From contig JAKFBU010000026.1 of assembly GCA_036676985.1 (NCBI GenBank), positions 64,001 through 128,000 of the forward strand: 64,000 nucleotides of DNA. Direction: 5' to 3'. The stretch's first letter is position 1. Every line of letters begins with the position of its first letter. The translations under genes were made by a program, and so were the position numbers. The notes under the pieces are model-generated. The model made no database searches. It had not been told where the DNA came from and saw nothing but the letters and a program-made list of their open reading frames with translations. Origin of the DNA: Candidatus Sericytochromatia bacterium. GTDB lineage: Bacteria > Cyanobacteriota > Sericytochromatia > S15B-MN24 > UBA4093. This document shows, in pieces, positions 19,778 to 29,983 of this stretch.

Positions 19778-20853
19778 GGCGTGTCGCCTCCGAACAGGGG
19801 CAGCGAGCCATCCCGGGAGATCCCCAGGTGCTTGTAGGCGAGCGGGGTGGCCATGCGGCCCCGGGGCGTGCGGTTCAACAGGCCGCACTGGAGCAAGAAG
19901 GGCTCGTAGACGTCCTCGATGGTGGTGACGTCCTCGCTGATGGCCGTGGCCAGGGTCTCGATACCGACCGGACCGCCGTTGAAGGAGTGGATGATGAGCT
20001 CCAAGAGGTGCCGGTCGATGGGGTCGAGGCCGAGCGCGTCGATGCGCAGCTTGTCGAGGGCCTCGGAGGCGACGTCGGAGGTGATCTTGCCGCCGGCCTT
20101 GACCTGCGCGTAGTCGCGCACCCGCTTGAGCAGGCGGTTGGCGATGCGTGGCGTGCCCCGGGAGCGGCGGGCGATGACCTCGGCGCCGTCCGCGGCGAGG
20201 TCCACCTTGAGGATGTCCGCCGCGCGTTCAAGAATTTGCTGCAGCTCCTCGGGACGGTAGAAGTCGAGGCGCTGGATGAAGCCGAAGCGATCGCGCAGGG
20301 GGGCCGAGAGTGCCCCGGCCCGCGTGGTGGCCCCGATCAGCGTGAACTTCTTGAGGGGCAGTCGCTTGATGCGGGCGGTCTGCCCCTTGCCGATGGTGAT
20401 GTCCAGCGAGTAGTCCTCCATCGCCGGATAGAGGATCTCCTCGGCGAGGCGATTGAGGCGGTGGATCTCGTCGATGAAGAGGATGTCGCCGGGCTTGAGG
20501 CTGACGAGCAGGCCTGCGATGTCGCGCGGCCGCTCCAGGGCGGGCGCCGAGGTGATGCGGATGTCGACGCCCATCTCCTTGGCGAGGATGAGGCTGATGG
20601 AGGTCTTGCCGAGGCCGGGCGGACCGTAGAAGAGCAGATGGTCCAGGGGCTCCTGGCGCTGCTTGGCCGCGTCGATGGCGATCCGGAGGCTGTCCTTGAG
20701 GGCCTCTTGCCCCGTGTAGTCTTCCAGGCTCTTGGGCCGGAGGGACAGCTCGAGCGGAGACTCCTCGGGAGCCGGCTCGGGGCTCAGGACGGCCCGTTCG
20801 ACCTCTTGGGGCTCCGGCTTGGCTTTCTTACCGAAGGACGGAACGATGGCCAC
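19774..20853 (-). CDS. ruvB: Holliday junction helicase RuvB
   Basis: [47 protein letters not shown]. Confidence 0.97.
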   Translation of the reverse strand: MAIVPSFGKKAKPEPQEVERAVLSPEPAPEESPLELSLRPKSLEDYTGQEALKDSLRIAIDAAKQRQEPLDHLLFYGPPGLGKTSISLILAKEMGVDIRITSAPALERPRDIAGLLVSLKPGDILFIDEIHRLNRLAEEILYPAMEDYSLDITIGKGQTARIKRLPLKKFTLIGATTRAGALSAPLRDRFGFIQRLDFYRPEELQQILERAADILKVDLAADGAEVIARRSRGTPRIANRLLKRVRDYAQVKAGGKITSDVASEALDKLRIDALGLDPIDRHLLELIIHSFNGGPVGIETLATAISEDVTTIEDVYEPFLLQCGLLNRTPRGRMATPLAYKHLGISRDGSLPLFGGDTP

Positions 20854-21072
20854 GGGGACCTCCTGGCGGCGTGGGGCAACTAGAACAATTGTACCACGCC
20901 CGGGCCGGCGGGGCTCGAAGGCGCCTGGCCACCGGAGAGCGGCGAGGCACGGTCGCCCCGGGCGGCATGTAACGGGGGATGCGCCTAAGTTTACCGAGAG
21001 TTTTACCTCGGGATAAACGCTAACGCGGTCTTAACGCTCGAAGACTTCTTGGGTCCCCCGAGGAGGCGCTCC

Positions 21073-22221
21073 ATGTCGATGATCCCCACGAACAGCTCGC
21101 CGAATCCCCAGTATTACCAGTCCTTGCTGGCACAGCTGCACCAGGCTTCGGTTCCTGCGCCTCAAAGCTCGCCGATGATGGAGGGCGATACCTTCGTCCG
21201 CGCCGCGACCGTGCCCATGACGCCGGCTGTGGAGTCGGGCCTTCTCACGCGCATCGGGACCACTTTCAAGGACCTGCTGGATCGCCTGGCCGGGTACGTC
21301 AAGCGCTTGATCGGCAAGGAGGAACCCAAGCCGGCCGAGCCTCCGGCTCCCGCGCCTGCTCCTGCCCCGGCTCCCGCTCCTGCTCCTGCTCCGGCGGCTC
21401 CGACCTACACCGTCGGGAAGGGCGACTCCTTGTCGGCGATCGCCAAGCGCACCCTCGGCGACGGCAACCGCTGGCGCGAGATCTACGACCTCAACCGGGA
21501 CGTCATCGGCCCCAACCCCAACCTCATCCACCCCGGCCAGGTGCTCAAGCTGCCCGGCGGTTCCGCGCCGCAGCCCGCTCCGGCTCCTAAGCCGACCCCC
21601 GCGCCGCCTCCTCCGCCGCCGCCTCCGAGCGGGGGCTCCTACACCGTCCGACCCGGGGACTCGCTGTCGGCGATCGCCCAGCGGACGCTCGGCAACGCCA
21701 ACCGCTGGCGCGAGATTTACGACCTCAACCGCGACGTCATCGGCTCCAACCCGAACCGCATCGCGGCGGGCATGACGCTGCGCCTGCCCGGCGGGGCATC
21801 GGCTCCGGCTCCCACCCCCGCTCCCGGCCCTTCGAACGGCAAGTGGCAGTGGCCCGTCGGCGGCTCGATCACCTCGAAATACGGCATGCGCAAGCACCCC
21901 ATCTCCGGCGAGCACAAGCTGCATACGGGCATGGACATCGGGGCGGGCACCGGGACGCCCGTTCACGTCGTGCAGGGCGGGCGCGTCGTGTCCGCCGGCT
22001 GGGCCGGCGGCTACGGCAACTACATCGTGGTCGACCACGGGAACGGCCTGCAGACGGCCTACGCCCACCTCTCGGCCATCAACGTCCGGGCCGGGCAGAA
22101 CGTCGGCTCCCGGGACGTCATCGGCAAGGTGGGCAGCACCGGGAACTCCACGGGCCCGCACCTGCACTTCGAGGTGAAGCGCAACGGCCAGTTCGTCGAC
22201 CCCCGGTCCTTCCTCGGTTAA
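21073..22221 (+). CDS. Two LysM domains plus M23 peptidase, no signal peptide
   Basis: Two YTV..GDSLSAIA..RWREIY LysM repeats, Pro/Ala linkers, HTGMD and TGPHLHFEV; AGGAGG RBS. Confidence 0.92.
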   Translation: MSMIPTNSSPNPQYYQSLLAQLHQASVPAPQSSPMMEGDTFVRAATVPMTPAVESGLLTRIGTTFKDLLDRLAGYVKRLIGKEEPKPAEPPAPAPAPAPAPAPAPAPAAPTYTVGKGDSLSAIAKRTLGDGNRWREIYDLNRDVIGPNPNLIHPGQVLKLPGGSAPQPAPAPKPTPAPPPPPPPPSGGSYTVRPGDSLSAIAQRTLGNANRWREIYDLNRDVIGSNPNRIAAGMTLRLPGGASAPAPTPAPGPSNGKWQWPVGGSITSKYGMRKHPISGEHKLHTGMDIGAGTGTPVHVVQGGRVVSAGWAGGYGNYIVVDHGNGLQTAYAHLSAINVRAGQNVGSRDVIGKVGSTGNSTGPHLHFEVKRNGQFVDPRSFLG

Positions 22222-22229
22222 TTCTTTTC

Positions 22230-22838
22230 CTAGATCTCGCTGAGCGCCTGGATGGCCTGACGGATGGCATCCTCGACGGCCGTGCCCGCGGGAATCCGTG
22301 CGAGCACGCCCGCGATCTCGTCCGGGTCGAAGCCGAGGCTGAGCAGCGCGAGCTCCGCCTCCTGGAACTCGTTGGGCACCGGCGCGAAGCTAGCACCCGC
22401 CGGCAGGGGCGAGGTCGTGCGGAAGGCCGACCGCTTGGCCGTCAGCTTTTCCTTGAGCTCGAGGATGAGCCGCTCGGCGGTCTTCTTGCCCACGCCGGGA
22501 GCCTTGGAGAGGCCGCGGGTGTCCGAGGAGGCGATCGCCGCCACCACCTGCGAGGGGTCCATGATGGACAGGATGCCGAGGCCGGTCTTGGTGCCCACCC
22601 CGCTCACGGACGTGAGCATGAGGAAGAGCTCGCGCTCCTCGAGGCTCTCGAAGCCGTACAGCAGCATGGCGTCCTCGCGGTGCGCCAGGTGCGTGTAGAG
22701 CGTGACCGGGCTGCCGATGGCGGGCAGGCGGGACAGTGCTCGGCTGGAAAGGAAGACCTGGTAGCCGACGCCTTGCACGTCGACGATGGCGTAGTCGAGC
22801 CCGCTGTGCGCAAGCTCCCCATGAAGGCGAATGATCAA
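22230..22838 (-). CDS. ruvA: Holliday junction DNA-binding protein RuvA
   Basis: VQGVGY, REDAMLLYGF, SVSGVGTK, PGVGKKTAERLILELK. Confidence 0.96.
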   Translation of the reverse strand: MIIRLHGELAHSGLDYAIVDVQGVGYQVFLSSRALSRLPAIGSPVTLYTHLAHREDAMLLYGFESLEERELFLMLTSVSGVGTKTGLGILSIMDPSQVVAAIASSDTRGLSKAPGVGKKTAERLILELKEKLTAKRSAFRTTSPLPAGASFAPVPNEFQEAELALLSLGFDPDEIAGVLARIPAGTAVEDAIRQAIQALSEI

Positions 22839-23347
22839 CCCAGTACCGCCTGATCGGAAACGGGGACCGAATGTCCCTGGAGGAACTGCGCGTGCGTGAG
22901 GGCGAAGGCCAGGGCGTCCGCCGCATCGTCGGGCCGGGGGATGGTCGGCAGGTCCAAGAGGTCGCGGACCATCTCCTGGACCTCGAGCTTCTGGGCGCGG
23001 CCGTAGCCCGTGATGGTCTGCTTGACCTCCATGGGCGTGTACTCGGCGATGCGGCAGCCGGCCTGCGTGCAGGCGAGCATGATGACGCCCCGCGCCTCGG
23101 CCACCGAGATGACGGTCGTGACGTTGCGGAAGGCGAACAGCTTCTCGATCACCACCACCCCCGGACGATAGGTGGCGATGAGCTCGCGCACGTCGTCGTA
23201 GATGATGCGGTGGCGTTCGGGCATGGGCAGCTTGGACGAGGTCGTGATGACCCCGCAGGCCACCAGCTCCGACCGGTACTCCGTGTCGAGGTCCACCAGC
23301 CCGTAGCCGACCGTGGCGGTTCCTGGATCAATCCCTAACAAGCGCAT
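22835..23347 (-). CDS. ruvC: Holliday junction resolvase RuvC
   Basis: LGIDPG, EARGVI, TGYGRAQK, PDDAADALA. Confidence 0.96.
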   Translation of the reverse strand: MRLLGIDPGTATVGYGLVDLDTEYRSELVACGVITTSSKLPMPERHRIIYDDVRELIATYRPGVVVIEKLFAFRNVTTVISVAEARGVIMLACTQAGCRIAEYTPMEVKQTITGYGRAQKLEVQEMVRDLLDLPTIPRPDDAADALAFALTHAQFLQGHSVPVSDQAVLG

Positions 23348-23424
23348 GGTGGCTATCATAGCAAATCGCGGGGCTCTTGCACTCGCCGTCCTTGGGCTTA
23401 TTCCTGCCGGAGAAGCAGGCGGTC

Positions 23425-23453
23425 TTGACCGTTGTAAACCACCCTGTTACACT
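23425..23453 (+). promoter_or_regulatory. sigma70 promoter of rne
   Basis: TTGACC-N17-TACACT with TG extension. Confidence 0.6.
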
Positions 23454-23646
23454 GAGCCCAAACCTTTTCCTGCGTTCCCGTCCCGTGGTACCGCGCAGGC
23501 CCGCAGCAAGCGGCGGCCCCGGGTTTTCGAGACGGTTGAGCAAGGGAACCATCCCCCCTCAAGGCAGGCTGCCGGGCCAAGAGCCAACGGCCCCCTCAGA
23601 TTTCGGAGCGTCGCTCCGCCTGTCGTTCCCCCTGTAGGAAGACTCA

Positions 23647-26070
23647 GTGAAAAAAGAAATCGTCATCAGCGAGGCGGAAGACCTGGCAGTCGTCTTCGAG
23701 AACGGCCGGGCCGCCGAGTTCGTGCTGCGCCAGGGTGAGCAGTTGGTCGGCGACATCGTGCTCGGCAAGGTCGAGTCGGTTGTCCCCGCCATCGAAGCGG
23801 CCTTCATCAACATCGGCCATGAGAAGAACGGCTTCATCCACGTCGCCGACCTTCCCAACATCCTCTCGCCCCGCAAGCGCACCAAGCCGCAGCCCATCCG
23901 CAGCGGCGAGAAGCTGCTGGTCCAGATTGCCAAGGCCCCGACCGGGACCAAGGGCGCCCGCCTCACCGGCCGCCTCTCCATCCCCGGCCGCTACCTGGTC
24001 TTCGTGCCCCACGACAACCGCGTCTGCATGTCGCGGATGATCACGGACCCCCGCGAGCGCGAGCGCCTGCGCCGCATCGCCACGGACCTCAAGGACCCGG
24101 GCCACGGCCTGATCGTCCGCACCGAGGCCGTCAACTGCACCGAAGAGGAGCTGCGCCGCGACGTCGAGGAGCTCATCGAGCGCTGGACCGACATCCTGCA
24201 CGGCGCCCAGATGAAGGCCCCCCCGGCCCTCCTCTACCGTGACAACGACCTCTTGACCCGCGTCTTGCGCGATCGCCTCACGGCCGACACCGAGCGCATC
24301 GTGGTCGACACCCAGGATGCCTACCAGCGCGCCAAGGCCATGCTGAGCAGCTGGATGCCCGAGATGGTCCGCAACCTGACGGTGCACCGCGGCCGCAGCC
24401 CCTTGATGCAGCACTACCGCATCGCCGAGGAAATCGAGTCGGCCCTCAAGCCCAAGGTCAACCTGCCCTCGGGCGGCTCCATCGTCATCGAGGCCACCGA
24501 GGCCCTGACGGTCATCGACGTCAACTCGGGCAAGCTGACCAGCTCGCGCAGCCTCCAGGAGACGGTCCTCAAGACCAACATCGAGGCCGCGGCCGAGATC
24601 GCTCGTCAGATTCGCCTCCGCGACATCGGCGGCATCATCATCGTCGACTTCATCTCCATGGACTTCCCCGCCGATCGCCAGAAGGTGCTCGCGGCCATGA
24701 ACGAGGCCATCAAGTCCGACAAGAGCCGTCCCCAGATCACCAGCCAGTTCTCCGAGCACGGGCTCATGGAGCTGAGCCGCCGCCGCCAGGGGCAGAGCCT
24801 CCTGGAGCAGCTCACCAAGCTCTGCCCCACCTGCCTGGGTCTCGGCCGCCTGCGCAACGAGGTGCTTCCGAGCGAGCACGAGGCCCTGCCCTCGCCCAAG
24901 TTCGAGGCGCGTGCGCCGAAGACGACCGAGGAGGCCGCGGGCACCATCGTCGAGGAGCTGCTCGAGGAGCCGGTCGTCGTCGAGGCCCCCACCTATCCGG
25001 GCGAGGGTCCGCGCGTGGACATGGAGACCGAGGAGGAGTCCGAGGAGCGTCGTCGCCGTCGTCGCCGGCGGGGTCGTCGCGGCCGCGGTCGCGGCGCCGA
25101 GGAGGCCCCCGGCATGACCGCCACCATGGCGGGTCCGGCCCCGGCCTACGAGGAAGAGGAAGAAGAAGCGGAAGTCGAGGAGGTCTCGGCCCCCGGCTTC
25201 GCCTTCGAGCCGATGGAGCTCGAGACCTTCGAGGCCCGTCCCAGCGAGGAGCGCTACGAGCGTGCGGAGCGTGGCGAGCGTCCCGAGCGCGGCGAACGCG
25301 GCGAGCGTGGTGGCCGTGAGCGCGGCCGTCGGGGTCGCGGGGGACGCGACCGCAGCGAGCGTGGCGAGCGTTTCCGCGAGGAGCGTGCCGCAGCGCCCGT
25401 GTCCGCTCCGGTGACCGAGGCCTGGCCTGCCCAGCCGACCGAGCCCGCAGGCCCCTCGCCCTGGGGTGAGGCCGCCGCTCCCGCGGCCGTTGCCGAGCCC
25501 GCGGTCGAGGCGCCCGTCCGGGTGTTCCGTCCTAAGAGCCGTCCGCGTCCCAAGATGGCGATGGTCGAAGTGGCGCCCGGCGTCATGCAGCTGGTCCCGG
25601 TCGAAGAGGCCGAGGCGATGCGGAAGGCCGCGCCCGAGCCCGAAGTGGCGCCCGCCGAGATCCCGGCTCCCGAGGCCGAGGCTCCCGTCGAGGTCGCAGC
25701 ACCAGAGGCCCCCGTCGAAGAGGCCGCTGCCGAGCCCGTCGCCGAGGCGCCTGCCGAGGAAGCCGCCGCTCCCGCCGAGGAAGTCGCTCCGGTCCGCAAG
25801 ACCGCGCGTCGTCGCCCGGTGAAGGGCCGCGCCACCAAGGCCGCCGCGGAGGCCCCCGCCGAGGAGGCGCCCGAGGCCGAGGCGCCCGCCGAGGTCCCGG
25901 CACCCGAGGCTCCGGTCGAAGCGGCTGCCGCTCCCGCGGAGGCTCCGGCTGAAGAAGCCGCCGAGACCGAGGCTCCGGCCGAGGAAGCGACCGAAGAGGA
26001 GGCCAAGCCGGCTCGCCGTGCACCCGCCCGTCGTCGGTCGACCAGGACCCGCAAGACCACCAAGGAGTAA
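23647..26070 (+). CDS. rne: Ribonuclease E with long disordered C-terminus
   Basis: AAFINIG, TEALTVIDVNSG, LRDIGGIIIVDFISM, CPTC Zn-link; Arg/Glu/Ala/Pro-rich tail. Confidence 0.92.
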   Translation: MKKEIVISEAEDLAVVFENGRAAEFVLRQGEQLVGDIVLGKVESVVPAIEAAFINIGHEKNGFIHVADLPNILSPRKRTKPQPIRSGEKLLVQIAKAPTGTKGARLTGRLSIPGRYLVFVPHDNRVCMSRMITDPRERERLRRIATDLKDPGHGLIVRTEAVNCTEEELRRDVEELIERWTDILHGAQMKAPPALLYRDNDLLTRVLRDRLTADTERIVVDTQDAYQRAKAMLSSWMPEMVRNLTVHRGRSPLMQHYRIAEEIESALKPKVNLPSGGSIVIEATEALTVIDVNSGKLTSSRSLQETVLKTNIEAAAEIARQIRLRDIGGIIIVDFISMDFPADRQKVLAAMNEAIKSDKSRPQITSQFSEHGLMELSRRRQGQSLLEQLTKLCPTCLGLGRLRNEVLPSEHEALPSPKFEARAPKTTEEAAGTIVEELLEEPVVVEAPTYPGEGPRVDMETEEESEERRRRRRRRGRRGRGRGAEEAPGMTATMAGPAPAYEEEEEEAEVEEVSAPGFAFEPMELETFEARPSEERYERAERGERPERGERGERGGRERGRRGRGGRDRSERGERFREERAAAPVSAPVTEAWPAQPTEPAGPSPWGEAAAPAAVAEPAVEAPVRVFRPKSRPRPKMAMVEVAPGVMQLVPVEEAEAMRKAAPEPEVAPAEIPAPEAEAPVEVAAPEAPVEEAAAEPVAEAPAEEAAAPAEEVAPVRKTARRRPVKGRATKAAAEAPAEEAPEAEAPAEVPAPEAPVEAAAAPAEAPAEEAAETEAPAEEATEEEAKPARRAPARRRSTRTRKTTKE

Positions 26071-26073
26071 GCG

Positions 26074-26991
26074 ATGGAGCCGCAGTTGCTCTCGGTCCCT
26101 CCGGAGGCCAAAGGCGAGCGGCTCGATCAGTTCCTTCACCGGCACCTACCGACCCTGTCCCGATCCCGCCTTCAGGAGCTGATCGAGGCGGGGTCGGTCC
26201 TTTTGAACGGCAAGTCCACCAAGCCGAGCCTCAAGCTGAAGGGGGGCGAGACCGTCGAGGTCGAGATCCCCGCCCCGCGCGAGCTCTCGGTGGCCGCGGA
26301 GGCGATCCCGCTCGACGTGGTCTACGAGGACGCCGACCTCATCGTCATCAACAAGCCGCAGGGCATGGTCACCCACCCGGCCCCCGGGGCCTGGGAGGGC
26401 ACGCTGGTCAACGCCCTGTTGGCCCACTGCCGGGACCTCTCGGGGATCGGCGGAGTGGCGCGGCCGGGGATCGTCCACCGCCTGGACAAGGACACGTCGG
26501 GCCTCCTGGTGGTGGCGAAGAACGACGCCTCCCATCAGGCCCTGTCCGCTCAAATTGCGGCCAAGACCGCCAAGCGCCAGTACCTGGCGGTCGTCACGGG
26601 CGTGCCCGCCACCGAGGAGGGCTCCATCGACGCCCCCATCGCTCGCCATCCCAGCGAGCGCGTCAAGATGGCCGTGGTGCCGGGCGGGCGGCATGCGCTC
26701 ACCCACTGGCGGGTGCTGGAGGCCTTCCGGGACGCGAGCCTGGTCGAGGTGACGCTCGCGACGGGGCGGACCCACCAGATCCGGGTCCACATGGCCCACC
26801 TGGGCCACCCGCTCGTGGGCGACCCCGTCTACGGCCCCAAGTCGCGTCTCCCCGTGAAGCTGGAGGGTCAGGCCCTGCATGCCTTCCGGCTGGCCTTCGA
26901 CCACCCGACCACCGGCCTGCGCATGGAGTTCGAGGTGGCTCCGCCGGAGCGGTTCCAGGCGCTCATGCGGTACCTGCGATCGCGCGCGTAG
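26074..26991 (+). CDS. rluD: RluA/RluD family pseudouridine synthase
   Basis: S4 domain, GIVHRLDKDTSG, TGRTHQIRVH. Confidence 0.9.
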   Translation: MEPQLLSVPPEAKGERLDQFLHRHLPTLSRSRLQELIEAGSVLLNGKSTKPSLKLKGGETVEVEIPAPRELSVAAEAIPLDVVYEDADLIVINKPQGMVTHPAPGAWEGTLVNALLAHCRDLSGIGGVARPGIVHRLDKDTSGLLVVAKNDASHQALSAQIAAKTAKRQYLAVVTGVPATEEGSIDAPIARHPSERVKMAVVPGGRHALTHWRVLEAFRDASLVEVTLATGRTHQIRVHMAHLGHPLVGDPVYGPKSRLPVKLEGQALHAFRLAFDHPTTGLRMEFEVAPPERFQALMRYLRSRA

Positions 26992-27055
26992 CGCTCGTTT
27001 GCAGCGGTATGGCGCGGGTATACTAGCCACTGAAGACGACCCCTAGGAGGTAGCG

Positions 27056-28270
27056 GTGCGGCGGAGTTCCCTGATCGCGATCATGCTGGTGTGTCTCGCG
27101 GGGCCGGCCGGTGCCGAGACGCTCGCGACCCCGTTCGAGCCGACGAGCGATCCCATCGGCGAGATTGAGTTCGCGACGGATCCCGGCGCCATGGCGCCTC
27201 GCTACCTCAGGGCCTTGCGGCTCCAGGTGGGCGATCGCCCGACCAAGAGCCAGCTGAGCCTTGCGCTGGAGCGCCTCTCCGCGCTGCCGAACCTCGCGAA
27301 CGTGGAGCTGAAGCAGTCGGGCTCCCTCCTGACGCTCGACTTCGACGAGCACCCGGTCAGCTCGTTCATGGTGGTGCCGGTGCCCTTTTTGTGGATGGTC
27401 TCGGCCAACACGGCCTTCCGGGACTGGCGGGTGGGGGACTTCTACGTGTCGAGCCGGGCGGAGCTCGGCTACATGTGGGACACCCTCCAGGTCTACGATC
27501 CCCGGCAGGCCAAGCCCACGCCCATGTCCTTCAACAACGACTACGTCTACGGCATCGCGAGCGCGGGGCTCCTGCTCGCGCCGGACCTGCGCCTGCAGCT
27601 GTTCGGTGAGGGCTACGTCTCGGACGTCCAGCCGGATGGCCCCGGGGCTGCCTTGTCCTCGACCTACGCACCCCAGGCGCAGGGCCGGGGCTTCAGCCTG
27701 ACGCTCGGGCCGGAATTGCGGTACGACAACTCCGACGACGAGACCTTCCCGCGCCTGGGGACCCGGGTGCGGGTCGGATCGTACTTCGGCTCGCCTTATC
27801 TCGGCGGTTTGAGCGACTATGCGATTTACCGGGGGGAGCTGCAGCGCTACAGCCCGCTCGGTCCCTCGGAGACGGTCATCACCGGCATCCGGGGCGGCAT
27901 GGGGCGCGGCGAGTTGCCGTGGAACCACAAGTTCTGGGCTGGCGGCAGCTACAATCTGCGCGGTTATCCTTACCAGCGGTTCCTGGGCGATCAGATGCTC
28001 GTGGGGACGCTCGAGTACCGGCGTCGCCTGGCCACGGATCTCGTTCCGGGCTGGGTCTCGGGGCTGGGGCTTACGGGCGGAGCCTTCGTGGACGTGGGCC
28101 GGGTATGGGAAGCGCGCTTCGGGACGCCGTTCCCGCAGGACATCCGTGCGGGCGCGGGCGGGTACCTGGGCTTTACTCTCGGTTCCTGGAACATGGGCCG
28201 GATCGAGGCGTCCTACGGGACCGAGGGGCCTTACGTGGGCATGGCGGCGGGGTTGCCGTTCGACTGGTAG
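27056..28270 (+). CDS. Omp85/BamA-TamA family outer-membrane protein
   Basis: Signal peptide, one POTRA-like segment, GGSYNLRGY, EYR, AFVDVGRVW. Confidence 0.75.
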   Translation: MRRSSLIAIMLVCLAGPAGAETLATPFEPTSDPIGEIEFATDPGAMAPRYLRALRLQVGDRPTKSQLSLALERLSALPNLANVELKQSGSLLTLDFDEHPVSSFMVVPVPFLWMVSANTAFRDWRVGDFYVSSRAELGYMWDTLQVYDPRQAKPTPMSFNNDYVYGIASAGLLLAPDLRLQLFGEGYVSDVQPDGPGAALSSTYAPQAQGRGFSLTLGPELRYDNSDDETFPRLGTRVRVGSYFGSPYLGGLSDYAIYRGELQRYSPLGPSETVITGIRGGMGRGELPWNHKFWAGGSYNLRGYPYQRFLGDQMLVGTLEYRRRLATDLVPGWVSGLGLTGGAFVDVGRVWEARFGTPFPQDIRAGAGGYLGFTLGSWNMGRIEASYGTEGPYVGMAAGLPFDW

Positions 28271-28302
28271 CCGCTCGACTCCCGACTGATCTACCCCCCT
28301 CA

Positions 28303-28480
28303 ATGAACCCGTTCGCCCTTCGAGAGCCTCAGGGTGAACGGGATTGTCGTTGACCTCAAGGGATCGGCGTTCAATCCAAGAGAGCGCCAATCAAGCCTTT
28401 CAATTCACGGGGAAGGTGACTCGAACCACCCTCAACAATCCGTTCGTCCTGAGGCTCTCGAAGGAACGAACGGTTCCTTA
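28303..28480. mobile_element. MITE/REPIN-like element, copy 1
   Basis: Inverted ends CCGTTCGCCCTTCGAGAGCCTCAGGGTGAACGG ... CCGTTCGTCCTGAGGCTCTCGAAGGAACGAACGGTTCCTTA. Confidence 0.75.
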
Positions 28481-29974
28481 TTGCCTGAGCGACCGCGTCC
28501 GGAAGTACTCCTGCACGCCCGCGAGGATGGCCTCCGCCGCCCGTTGCTGGTACTGGGCGTTGTTCAGCAGCCGCTCCTCGGTCGGGTTCGACAGGTAGCC
28601 GACCTCCACGAGCACCGCGGGCATCTTGTTGTATTTCACCACCACGAAGTTGTTCCGCCGGATACCACGGTCCGGCCGCTTCAGCTGGTTGACCAGCTTG
28701 CGGTGCACCGAGCGCGCCAGGGGCAGGGACTTGGGCGTGAAGTAGTAAGTCTCGATGCCCGTCACCCGCGGGTCGCCCACGTGGTTCGCATGGATGGAGA
28801 TGAACACGTCCGAGTCGAAGGCGTCCCCCACCTCGACGCGCGGCCGCAGGTGGATCTGCATGTCCTTGGTGCGGGTCATCTCGACCTGCATGCCCGAGTC
28901 CTGCATCAGCTTGCGCAGGCGCAGGGCCATCTGGAGCGTGACGTCCTTCTCGAGCGTGCCCTCGTAGCCGATGGTGCCCGGGTCATGCCCGCCGTGGCCC
29001 GCGTCGATGGTCACGCGCCGTTCATTGGCGTTCTTGCGCGACGACTGGGCCGGCTCCTCCTCTTGTTTCGGCGGTTGTTGCGCCAGTGGCGGTTGGACAA
29101 GGGGCACTGGCGCTCCGCCCAGGGAGAGCACCAGCGTCTTCTGGTTCCCCAGCTGGCGCAGCGAGTACTTGATTGGCTGATCGAACTCCACGATCACCCG
29201 GTGGGTCTTCTGGTTCACGGGCACGATGCGCACCCGCGCGATCAGGCCGTTGTCGACGTAGAGGCTGTCCTTGGGCAGCTCGCTGCCCGCCCCCTGCAGG
29301 TCGAACTGGAGCCTGTCGCCCCGGTTGCCACGCCCCACCGCATAGCTGAAGGCCGTCTGGGTCGTGATGGTCAATTGCCAGCCCCCGCCCACGCGGTGCA
29401 GCGAGAGGCCGGCCGGTCCCGAGGGCTCCTCATGCGCCCGGGGGCGCGCAAAGGCGACCGGGGCCCGCGTCGACTGCGGCACGGGGCGGGCAGTCGGCCG
29501 GGGCCTGGGCTTGGGCGTCGCGCGGACCACCACCAGGGGCGCCGGGGTGGGGCGCACGGTCTCGGGTGCGGCGTCGGGCGTGCCCGCCGCGACCCGGAAG
29601 GCCAGCCGGTAGTTGCCAGGGCCCGGGTTGGTGAGCTCGGGCGCATACTCGGTCTTGCGCTCCAGGTCGAAGACGATGCGGAGCACGCCGCCCTTGAACT
29701 GGGCGGCGCGGATGCGCTTGATGGGCGTGCCCGGGATGCCCTTGAGGCTGGTGGTCCCGTCGGTGTAACGGGCGTTCGGGATATCGACGACCAATCGCTC
29801 GGGCGAGCTCAGGTGGAAGGAGCGCGGGGTCATGGGGCCGTTGCCGTACAGCACGACCAGGCCCTGCGCCTCGTCGTAGCCGAAGAGGCGGATCTGGGTC
29901 GGGCCGGCAGCCTCCGCCCGCCCCATCAACAGGAACAGGGCCATCAGGGCCGTGAGCAAGAGCCTAAGCACCAT
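28478..29974 (-). CDS. N-acetylmuramoyl-L-alanine amidase with AMIN domains
   Basis: IDAGHGGHDPG, EKDVTL, FISIHAN, PAVLVEVGYLSN; PERLVVD AMIN motif; signal peptide. Confidence 0.93.
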   Translation of the reverse strand: MVLRLLLTALMALFLLMGRAEAAGPTQIRLFGYDEAQGLVVLYGNGPMTPRSFHLSSPERLVVDIPNARYTDGTTSLKGIPGTPIKRIRAAQFKGGVLRIVFDLERKTEYAPELTNPGPGNYRLAFRVAAGTPDAAPETVRPTPAPLVVVRATPKPRPRPTARPVPQSTRAPVAFARPRAHEEPSGPAGLSLHRVGGGWQLTITTQTAFSYAVGRGNRGDRLQFDLQGAGSELPKDSLYVDNGLIARVRIVPVNQKTHRVIVEFDQPIKYSLRQLGNQKTLVLSLGGAPVPLVQPPLAQQPPKQEEEPAQSSRKNANERRVTIDAGHGGHDPGTIGYEGTLEKDVTLQMALRLRKLMQDSGMQVEMTRTKDMQIHLRPRVEVGDAFDSDVFISIHANHVGDPRVTGIETYYFTPKSLPLARSVHRKLVNQLKRPDRGIRRNNFVVVKYNKMPAVLVEVGYLSNPTEERLLNNAQYQQRAAEAILAGVQEYFRTRSLRQ

Positions 29975-29983
29975 CAACCTCCG

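Noticed and set aside
21403-21800. Direct DNA repeat as a possible DGR template/variable pair
   Set aside because: Explained by in-frame tandem LysM duplication; differences are not adenine-specific and no reverse transcriptase is present
23644-26145. 833-aa minus-strand ORF
   Set aside because: Antisense shadow of rne
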